From a virus (Duplodnaviria > Caudoviricetes): a DNA stretch of 64,000 bases. Below the pieces are notes generated by a model. It saw nothing but the letters and a program-made list of their open reading frames with translations, had not been told where the DNA came from and searched no databases. The translations under genes and the position numbers were made by a program. The stretch is taken from positions 160,001-224,000 of the IMG/VR virus record IMGVR_UViG_3300021431_000076; one strand, given 5' to 3'. Shown here one piece after another: positions 39,001-51,000 of this stretch (position 1 is its first letter; the number at the start of each line of letters is the position of its first letter).

Positions 39001-42000
39001 CAATCATCACCACCTCCTACTACTGCATATAGAGGTATTAGAAAATATGATTCTAAATATGGCTTAGGTATAGTAGGTCCTGGAGAAAAGATTATATCTC
39101 CAGGTAGAGGAAAAGTTTTAGATAATACTACTGGTTATAAAGGTTATCTATTACATGAAGGAGATTCTGTAATTCCTTCTTATTTAAATCCATCAAATGC
39201 AGGAAGAGGAAGAGTAACATCTCAATCTTTAGAATCTCAAGCAAGAAATGAAAATGCACTAAAAGACAGATATATGTCTGGTGGTTCTATTCCATTTGTT
39301 GGCACTTTTGCTCAAGGTGGAACAGTTAGAAAAAAAGTAGGTGGATGGATAGATGATCTTATAGATTCAGAAAATAAAGAAGATAACACTCCTGATTTAG
39401 ATAAGCAAAAGAAATCAAGAGGATTTTTCCACAACTTCAGAAATTGGCTTACTGGTTACAATGAGCCAGAGTTCAATGAAGATCAAATTAAAATGCAAGA
39501 ATTTATCAAAAATATAGTAAATAGTGCTACTAAAGCTGCCATTGAAGCTAATGGTGGTATGTTTGAAGATGAAGAATCAAAAGGAAAATCTATAACTCAA
39601 GCTGGCTTTGAAATGGCTGGTAAATTAAGGAAAAGCAAAGTCGATCTTAATACTAATGAATTCCAAGAAGCATTAAAAGAAGTTCTCGCTATGAGTGAGA
39701 ATATCAAAGATCCAGATTTTAGAGATACACTTCAATTTATTTTAAATACTGCTGGTTATAAAGGTGAATTTGATACTGTAGATGAATCTAAGAAAGTAAG
39801 AAGATCAAGAAGAAATAATCTATTTGTCGGTGTAAATCAATTTATGGATACTGCTTTTGGTATTGACTCTCAAAAGGCAATTAAAGAAGCAGATAAAACT
39901 ATAAGAAAGAATCTACCAGAACTTGCTAAAGGTGGTACTCTTGGTGCTCTATTAAGTACAGTTCTTCCTCTTGGTGGACCTTTAATGGGTGCACTTGTTG
40001 GTGCTGGTGCTTCTGTATTAACTAATAGCAAATCGTTCCAATCTTATATGTTTGGTTCAGAAATAACAGATAAAGATGGAAATGTAATAGATAGAAAAAA
40101 TGATGGTATCGTATCAAGAAAAACTGTAAAAGCTATTCAAAGATATATGCCTGATGCTAAAAAATATGGTATCACAGGTGCAATAGCAGGTCTCGTTCTT
40201 CCCTTTGGTCCACTTGGTGGTTTGATGCTTGGTGCTGGTGCTTCTTTCTTAAAGAACAACAGCAGATTCCAGGAATTCATGTTTGGTGAAGAAGGAGGCT
40301 TAATCAATAAGGATAGAAAAGAAAGAATCAAGAAAGCTCTTCCAAATATAGGTGTGGCTACACTAGGAACGTTATTCCTCGGACCTTTTGGTATCGTAGG
40401 TAACGCTATGCTTGGTGCTGGTTTAGGTATTTTATCTACCACAGAATCATTTAAACGTATTATGCTCGGTGCAAAAGACAAGAATGGCGTAAGACGTGGT
40501 GGTTTAGCTGATATTATTAGAAGACAAATTACAGATCCATTTAAGAAGACAATGGATGATGCTAAAACAAGATTAGCCGCTTGGTTTAAAGACGATCTAT
40601 TTAATCCTTTAGCTAAAACTATTAAACCTCTTGCTAGAGTAATGACTGGAGAAGTTAAAGATATAGCAAGAAAAGCAGCTGAGTTTGTTTTTGGCAAAAA
40701 AGGTGAAAATCAAAAATCAATATTTGGTAGATTAGGTCTCAAATCTGTAGATAGAATGCTAGGATTAGTAAGAAATGCTGGAGGACTTGGAGCCTTTGGT
40801 TTACAGCAAATTGGTAATGTAATAGGTAAAGGTGCCCATTGGGCTGAAAAGAATATTGGTCAAAAAATGGAAAAACGAGCCTTTAGAAAAGGCTATATTG
40901 AAGGAGATACTACTGCTCAAGAAAGATTAGATAGAGCAGAAGAATTAGGTGTAAATGCAGATGATGCAAATCAATATGCTCTTGGTGGTCTAGATAAAAC
41001 TATTGCGAATATTTCTGCTGGACCAGATTCAAAAACTAAATTACAAGATCTATCAACTGCTATTAGTATGATGCAAGATCATCTTAATGGTACTCCGCAA
41101 AACATTAATCGACAAATTGTAGCTGAGAAAGATAATATAGAATCAATGTCAGAGAAAGCATATCAAGATTATATGAGAAAGAATCCAAACGCTAAGAATC
41201 CTCATGATATGCATAGAACTATAGAAAAATTCATTAATAAGATGAATAAAATTGGTGCTTCTGATGATTTCGATTTAGAACTTTCTAAAGGAGAAATTGC
41301 TAAAGAATTAGCAGATTCTGATCTTCCAGAAGAAGTAAAAGATCAACTCATGGCAGTCTGGGAAGAATCTGGTTCTAACATAGATAAATTAAGAAAAAGC
41401 AAAGCTCAATTAAATATCAATGGTGGTAAAGATGCATATAACTATATGGAAAGAATGGCTGCAAATGCCCTTGGCTATGAAGGAGAACTAAGTGACGAAC
41501 AAAAAGAAAGAATTAAAAAGATTCTTCAAAATCCAAACGCATTAGAAGCAATAACTCAAGAGCAAAGATTAAATAAAGAAAAAGAAGCTAATGATGATTC
41601 TGTTAATTCGCAATTAAAGAAACAACTCGACAATCCTGCAGATCAACTTATAACAAATAATCAGGAATTACAGATCAATGAATTGCAAGTAATGAATACA
41701 ACTCTATCTTATATTTCTAATCTATTAGCTGCTACATCTCAAGAAGATAAAGATAAGATAATTCAAGAATTCCAAAAAACAATGGATAAATATAATGGTG
41801 TTGCTAAGAGTGAAAAATTACAGAAGACCATAGAAGAATCTAAAGCATATGCTAATTCTATAGCAGCTCAAAAAGACAAAGATGATTTCAATACTGATAT
41901 AGGAGCAGGAGCAAATCAAAAAATTTACAATGATAGAAAATTCAATAGAGAAAATGCTTATCAAAATGACAGATTTGTTGAAATTATCAATAGAGAAAGA

Positions 42001-45000
42001 GAAGAAAAAGCTTATCTTGGTGAAAACTTAGATAAATATATAGAATCTATAGAACCAGAAGTATGGAAATTAGTTATAAACGAATCAACGTGGGATAAAT
42101 TTAAAAGAAATGCCAAAGAATTAGCTAAAGATCTTAGTGATGATATCACTCATATTTCTCAACAAGGTTATGCTGCTTTACTTACTGCAGATTTATATGC
42201 ACAAGATAAAGTTAATAAAGCTGCTAATTATGTGATGGATAATAAAGATGAAATAGCAAATGCTCCATTAGTAATCTTAAATGGTGTATTAGATGCAATA
42301 GCAAAATTAGGAGATAGTGGTATAGAACAGTTGGCTCAATTAAATGCTAAACTCCATGGAGATTTTTATGAAACTAAAGAAAACGCTATAACAAGAACTT
42401 TAGGAGAATTCAAATCATTCGATTCTTTATCTGATGATGAAAAAGCTGAATTAACTGGAAAAGATAAACCAGAACCTAATTCTATTAAAGCCATGAATAA
42501 CACTAAAACAACTTCTATGGTTGAAGATAATGGAAGAGTTGTTTTTGGTGATCCTAATGAAAACAAAAAACAAGAAGAAAATAAAAATCAAGAACAACCT
42601 AAAAAAGACGAAGAACCTAAAGAAGAACCTAATGCTCTTCATAGAATTCAAGAAGGTATAAAAGAAAAAGCAAAAGAAACTAAAGATGAAGTTAAAGAAA
42701 CTCTTAAAGACGAAGTAGAGAAAATAAAAGAAACTACTAAAGAATTAGTGGTAGAGCCTATAAAAGATGCAGCTACTAAAGTAAAAGATGAATTAGAATC
42801 ATTAGCAAATAGTATAAAAACTACTGCTCAGGTATTTTCAAAATTTGGAAATCCAATAGAAAATGTTGAAAAAGATACACATGATCAAATAGATAATAAA
42901 ACTGATAAAAACCCTCCAATAGCTACATATGGATTACCATTCTTTGATACATTTGCTGCTGGTGGAATAGCAGCAGCAGCTGCTAGTAGTGGTGGTGGAT
43001 CTCTAATGGGATCAATTTTCAAAGGTGCTGTTGGTGGAGCATTAGATCATTTCACTGGCGGTGATTCAAAAGATAAAAAAGAAGATTCTAATAATACAAA
43101 AGAAACTCAATCTAAATCAACTCCACAATCACCAGATATATCTTCTAATGATATAAAATCTGTTGGTGGATTAATAAGTTCATTAGTAAGTAAATCATCT
43201 GGTGGAGCTCCAGATATAAATTCAAAAGACAATATTTCTTATACATCTGATGCTGATGGTAATCCAATTGCTATCACTAAAGGTCCAGATGGAACTCCAA
43301 TGAAAGTTCGTAACAAAGACAATGCAATGATAGAAGAGAAACATAAAAAAGAATTCTCATTCAAAGAAAGATCAGCAAATGCATTAGAAGCAATTGCAGC
43401 TTCTATTGGAGCAAAAGCAAAAGATGCGGCTGGTACATTGGGTAAAGGTGCTGCTAAAGCTGGTGGAGGATTATTTGGAGGATTATTAGATTCTATTGGC
43501 GGAATATTAAATATGCTATGTTTAGGTTTGCCAGTAGGAACAATGCTAATTGGTGCTCTAAAATCATTACCAGGAAAAATATTCAAGTTCTTTGGTGGAA
43601 AGCTATTTGATAAATTCAAAGATAAATTACCTGATTCTATTTCTAAGAAAATAGGAAAAATGCTAGGCAGAGATGAAGATGACGAAGATGATGAGGATGA
43701 AGACGACGAGGATGATTCAAAGTCAAAAGATAAGAAATCAAAAAAAAAGAAAGATAAAAAGAAATCTAAGAAAGATAAAGATGATGAAGAATCTAATTCT
43801 ATAAAATCAGAAGCTAAGAAAAAGAAGAAGAAAAATGGTAAGAAAAAGAAAAAAGGTAAAAAAGCTGATTCTGTAGAAAATAATGAAAATGAAAATCAAC
43901 AAGAAGAATCTAATTCTATAAAATCAGAGGCTAAGAAAAAGAAGAAGAAGAAAGGTAAGAAATCTAAAAATAAGAAAGCAGACTCTGCAGATTCTGTAGA
44001 AAATAATGAAAATGAAAATCAACAAGAAGAATCTAATTCTATAAAATCAGAGGCTAAGAAAAAGAAGAAGAAGAAAGGTAAGAAATCTAAAAATAAGAAA
44101 GCAGACTCTGCAGATTCTGTAGAAAATAATGAAAATGAAAATCAACAAGAAGAATCTAATTCTATAAAATCAGAGGCTAAGAAAAAGAAGAAGAAGAAAG
44201 GTAAGAAAAAGAAACAGCAATCAACTAAATCAAATAATAAAGATAGTAAAGAAGAATCTAATTCTATAAAATCAGAAGCTAAGAAAAAGAAAAAGAAGAA
44301 AAAGGATAAGAAAAAGAAATCAAAAGGATCAAATTTAGTAAATGGAGGATTAGCAGCTTTATCCACTGCTGCTAGTTTAATAGCTACAAATGATAATTCA
44401 TTATTTGGTTCTATATTAGGATTTGATGATGAAGATGATGAAAAAGAAGATGACGCTAAAGATTCTGATGAAAATTCAGAAGATGATGATGAAAAAGAAG
44501 CTGAGAAACCTAATCATTATGCTAATATTTTCAATAATTTAAGTAAGATTATAGATAACAGTGATAAAGAAGAAGTAGATATAGATCCTTATATGGCTAT
44601 AATGCAATCTATAAATTCTATTTTACTTGGTGACGAAGAAGAAGAAAATGACGAAGATGATGACGACGAAGAAGAAGAAGAGGAAGAAGAAGTCAAAAGT
44701 AAAAAGAAAAAGAAGAAAAATAAAAAGAAATCTAAAAAAGAAACAAACGCAATCAAAGAAGAAGCTAAGAAGAAGAAGAAAAAGGGTAAGAAAAAGGCAG
44801 ACTCTGCAGATTCTGTAGAAAATGATGAAAATCAACAAGAAGAATCTAATTCTATAAAATCAGAGGCTAAGAAAAAGAAGAAGAAGAAGAAGAAAGGTAA
44901 GAAATCTAAAAATAAGAAAAAGAAAAAATCAAAATCTAGAAGTTCAATAGCAAATATAGCTGAATCAGGAGGAGCTGCTGCAGCAATTATTGATATATTA

Positions 45001-48000
45001 GGACCTGATGATGAAGAAGAAGAAGAAGAAAATGATGGTTCAAATTCAATTAAAGATATGATTGAAGAAGCTGATTTTTCAACTGGAACAGAAAAAGCAA
45101 AAGGGCGCAAAAAGAAAGGCAAAGCTTCAGAAGTAGCATCAAAAATAGATGAAATGACAAATTCTTCAAAAGCAGAGCAAAAATCTGCTGTTCAAATGGC
45201 TATTGGAAAAATAAAATCAACACTACAGACTGTTATTTCTGCAGTTGGAAAATGGTTCCCTGGTAAAGAAACAGCAACTGCTATAGATACTTTTTGTAGA
45301 AAGATTATAGGTAAAATAGCAACAGAACAAGGTGAACAGGCTATTGCTAAAGCTGTTGCAAAACAAGCAGCTTCTGCATCTGCTGGTGCAGCTACTATGG
45401 GAATTGGTACTGCTGTAGTTACTATTGGATTTGCTGCTACTGAATTTATTCATGGTTTTAATAATGCATCTGAATTGTTTAAAATAGCTGAAGCTGTTGT
45501 AACATTTGGAATGAGAACCTTAGCTGGTTTAGTTTGTGCAATTCATGCTGCACTCACTTCTATTCCTGTTGTTGGTATAGCAGTAGCTATATTTGTAGAT
45601 CCGGATAAATTATTAGAAGATGCTATAGATATAATTGGTCCTGCTGTTGGTATAACTAGACAAGATCTAGATAATTTGCGCAAAAGTGGACAAGATAAAA
45701 TTGATCAAGATGTAGCAGATGCTGCTGAACAAACAAATCTAAGCCCATCATATACAGATTCTATTAAAGCAGCTGCAGGTTCTGCAGTTGGTATGGTAGT
45801 ACAAGGAGCATCAAGTTTTGCTGGAATACTTGCTGATAAAGCTAAAGATGCTATGTCTAGTATTGGAGATGCTACAGGAAAAGCAATGAGTTTTGCTAAA
45901 GATACAGCAGCTGGTGTTGGTAACTGGATAAAAGAAAATGCATCTAAAGGTTATCAATTCTTATCAGATACTGCTTCTTCTGCATGGCAAACTGCTAAAA
46001 ACTATGGTTCAAAGGCATATGATACTGTTGCTAGTGTTGTAAGCGGTGCTAAAGATAAATTCTCTGGACTAGTAAGTTCTGCTAAAAGTTATGCTTCAAA
46101 TTTATTTGGTAAAGGTAAAAATGATCAAACCGATAATGGTTTATTTGGAACTGGAATACATTCTCAATTAGATCCTAAAATAGCAGGAATGCCATTCAAT
46201 AAAGCAGGAGATACAGAAAAACAAACTGTTAGAGATTCTGCTTGTGGTCCAATGGCTATGGCTAATGCTCTTGAGGGTTTGGGATATTCTATAAATGATA
46301 CAGATATACTCAAAAAGACTTTAAATGGTAAAGAAACTAATGGTGGTATGCCAGATTATGTATTATCTGAATATGCAAATAGACAAGGAGCCTCTACTAG
46401 AAATATTGGAACAAGTTATCAAGATCTAAAGGAATCTTTAATGAGTGGAAATCCATTAGTTTTAATGGGTCAAAATAATATAGGTGAGACAGATAAAGAT
46501 CCATTTGCTGAGAATCCTCACTATGTGACGGCTCAAGGTATAGATAAAGATGGATATGTAACAATCAAAGATCCAGAATCATATAATCCAATTAAGAAAT
46601 ATAAATTATCCGATATAGCTAAAACAACTACACTTGCTACTGAAGTAGGAAAAGGTAAATTTGGTAGATCTAGATATGGCAAAGGACCAACATTAGATGA
46701 GAATCCACCATTTGGTTCAATTGCTGCTGAATTGGCTAAGAGAACAGGTTCAAAACACCCCGAATTCTTCTGGGCTCAAATGATGCATGAAACTGGTGGA
46801 CCAGAAAACGAAAAGAAATGGAATGCTAAACATCCAGAATATGGTGATATTCATAACTATGGTGGATTTACATGGTATTCTGGTATGGGCGAAGAATATA
46901 AAGGACCTCCTCGTCCAAAGAGTGAAGGAGGATATTACGCTAAATTCAAATCAGATGCTGAATATGCTGATATGGCATTCAGAAAAGTCTATAAATCATA
47001 TGCAAATGAATTGGCTAAATGCAATACTGTAGAAGAATTTGCTGCAGTTCTTAAGAAACATGGATACTATGATGATACTGAAGCAAACTATGTAGCATGC
47101 CTTAATAGATGGCTAAATCAATATAAAGGAAAACTTGGCAATATTTCTGGTATGAGTATATCTGGAGATGCATCTAACACTTCTGCATCATCAAATGGAA
47201 CTTCTTCTACTGGAGGTAAATTTGGTGATAATAATGGTCAAAGTGTAGCTGGTTTCTTCAAAGCTATTTCTGATTCTTCAAAAATAATCAAGTCTAGTAT
47301 AGAAGCTGGAACTAAAAGAATATTTGGTAAAGGTAAAAGTAAATGGGGTAGAGAAAAATCAAATGGTACTGGAGAAGATATATATGCTTATCTAAAATCT
47401 AAAGGATTATCAAATCAAGCTATAGCTGGAATAATGGGCAACTGGTACGCAGAAAGTAAATGGAAATCATCTCTAGTTGAATGTAAAAAACCACCCTGGA
47501 GAGAAATCAGTTCTGATACAATGACTATAGACGGTAACACTGGATATGGTTTAGCTCAATGGACTTATATAACTAGACAGCAAAAATTACATGAATTTAT
47601 GAAATCAAAAGGTTTACAAGATTCAGATTACAAAGGTCAAATAGATTTTGTGTTCTCTGGACAAGATGGAGATATAAATCCTGTTATAAAATCTATGGAT
47701 AAAATGTCTCCAGAAGAAGCAGCAAGAGAATTTTTAGATAAATATGAACATAAAATATTAGATACAAAAAATACAGAGAGGTATCATCTATCAGAAAGAC
47801 AAAAGGCTGCAAAAGAAGTATTTGAAAAACAAGGAAAAGGCATGAGTGGTGTTAGCTCCTTAACAGGATCCTCCTCAGGATCATCTTCTAATGCTTCTGC
47901 AGATGTTCAAGATGAAAAAGAAACTGGAATTTTTGGAGCATTAGCTCAATTAGCAAAAAGAGTAGGATCTATTATCAATATTTTTGGTAGTGGAGATAAC

Positions 48001-51000
48001 GGTAGTTCTGGTGGAGGTAGTAATAGTATTGGTGGAGGAGCAAATGTAACAGAAATTGCCGATAAAATCATAAAAATGGCTAATGCCTATGCAAATTCCC
48101 CAATAACATATGCGATGACAAATCCTGTAGCTGTACCTCCAGCCAAAGGATCATGTGATTGTTCAGGAATGGCAATGTCTTGCTATAAAGCTGGTGGAAT
48201 AGATATAACTAGAACTGCAGATACTCAATATGAATTTTTCAAGAAACATAATGCAATATACAAAGGCGATATTAAAAGTTTACAACCTGCTGATCTGGTA
48301 TTTACAAGAGATTCTAGTGGTCAAATAGATCATGTATTTGTATACATTGGTAATGGAAAAGCTGTAAATATGGGTCAGAATCATAGAGAGCGTGGAAATT
48401 TAGCAGGATTAAATTCTGCAGGTGGAGATGCTGTCTATTATAATGGATGGGAAAAAATTCAAGCTGGTATAGATTATCATAAAGGTGGAGCAGAATTTGG
48501 TAGCTTAACTAAACTTTGTTCTGCATTAGGCCTTGGATCTTCATCTTCTGGAGGATATCATGGCGGAGATAAGAGATCAAAGACTACTAGAATTATTATA
48601 CACCATACAAGTGGTTCTAAGACAAGTGATCCAGATCCATCAGCAGCAGAAATCAATAAATGGCATACCGCTCCTCCAAGAAATTGGAATTGCATAGGAT
48701 ATCACTATGTAATTCGTAAAAATGGTTCAATAGAAAAAGGTCGAAATGAAGATGAAATAGGTGCTCACGCAGAAGGGGCTAATAATGATTCTATTGGTAT
48801 TCATGTTGGTGGGGAATTCATGTATTTCAAACCAACTGAAAAACAGATAGAATCTCTTATCAAATTGATACAACAACTTTGCAAGAAATATAATATTCCT
48901 ATAGATCGTAAACACATTTTGGGTCATAGAGAAGTAGGTCAAACTGATTGCCCTGGGGATAATCTATATAATCAATTAGATTCTATAGTTGCTAAAGCAG
49001 CTGGTAGCGGTAAAGGTAAATATAGATTTGGTAGAGGCAAACCAAACGTACCAAGTCTAATAGAAAAGAAATCAAATAGTTTTGGTAAAGGAAAATCAAA
49101 ATATGGTAGAGCTGGATATCTTAATTCAACTGGAAATGTTGGATTTGCCAATTATGACTATTTAAAATCAAACACAATCAATCCTCCTACTAATAATTCA
49201 GATTATAAATTCACAAATACAGATTTAACTCAAAAGCATTTAGATGCTGCTCTTAAAGGAGAGACATATCAAAGTCGTAAAGATCCTATTACTGGTAAAC
49301 TTCTAACAGCTAAAGATATGGAAACTGCTGCAAAAGCAGGTGTAACTCAAAATGTTAAAAAAGAAGATATCAAATCTCTAGAAGAATGGAATAAAGCTAA
49401 AGAAGAAGGAAGAGAAGTTCAAGTATCAGCTCCAGAAAATTCTGTAATTGATATAGCTGAACAAGGTAAACAAGAATCTCAAACTAATTTAATGGATCAA
49501 TTCTTTGGTGGTGTTGGAGAAAAATTAAATGCAATAGAACAAAAATTAGCTCCTATTAAATCTGGAATTCTAAGTAAACTTGGATCAGTTATAACAGAAA
49601 AATTTGGCAAATTCTCTAATCTAATTGGAGATCCTTTAGGAATGTTTAAAGGATTCTTTGGTTCAAAAGATAATTCATCTTCTTCAAGTGCTGATGGTTC
49701 ACATGGTGGTGGAGGAGGAACCTTTAATGGTGATGCTACAGCTATACCAGCTACAGGTTCTGCTGCTGCTGCTTTAAAGAAAGCCCTCAATTGTGAAATT
49801 ACTAGTCAATTTGGTCCACGTGATGGAGGAGTTCACCATGGTATAGATTATGGTATTGGTACAGGAACTCCTGTTCCTACTGTAACTGATGGTGTAATTG
49901 ATGATATAGGATCTCAAGGTGGAGCTGGATATGGTAACTATGTTGTCGTAAAAGATAAGAAAGGTATGTATCATATCTATGCACATTTAAGCAAAAACGA
50001 TCTAGCTAAAAAAGGCGATTCAGTTAAAGCTGGTCAAATTATAGCTAAATCTGGTCATAGTGGTCATTGTATTCCAGATGGTCCTAATGGATCACATTTA
50101 CACTATGGAATCTATAATAATCCTAATTGTGCTGCTGGTGACGGATGCATTAATCCAAATTCTTATAAAATAGATGGATTGAGCTCTTCAGGTCAAGGAA
50201 AATATGGTAGAGGTAAATTAATCAAGATAAATCCTGTCAAAACTAAAGGTTCTGATAGAGGTGGAGTCGATACAAAGAAATATGTTCCTAAGAGTGGTAG
50301 AGGCAAATTCAAATCTACTGGATTAGAAGATCTAGATATTACTAGAACTGCTACATATCCAGATTTCCCTAAAGAAGCTAAAAGTCCAGATAACAATTTT
50401 GGTATATCTGATGAGATGATCAAACAATCTAAATTTGGTCAAGGTAAATATGGTAGAGGATTTGATCTAAATAGTGTATTAAACGTACTAGGAACAATAG
50501 CACAATTTGCAAATCTTAATAGGAATCCATTTATTGTGGGTGGTGGATTTGCTGGAAACAATGCTCAACAGAAACCACAGAATAATATAAAACAAAATCA
50601 AAGCAAAAAGAAAGAAGTAGATAAGAAGCTCATAGCTCCTAATGGATTGCAATATACACAAAATGATATTGATTATATACTCAAGAACTCTGATAAATTT
50701 GGTGGAGCTAAAACTATAGATGATGCTATAAAGATTCTAGAAAAAGACAAAAAATATACAGAAAAACAAGAAGACACTAAGAAACAGATTGCTCCTAATG
50801 GATTGCAATACACTCAAAATGATATTGATTATATACTCAAAAATCCTAACTTATTTAATGGGGCTAAAACAGAAGAAGATGCTATTAAGATTCTATCTAA
50901 AGATAAGAAATATACCGAGAAACCAAAAGATACTAAGAAAGAAGAAAAGAAAACTGCGACTCAAGAACAAAAAGAAACAGCTCTTAAAGAATATAAAAAA

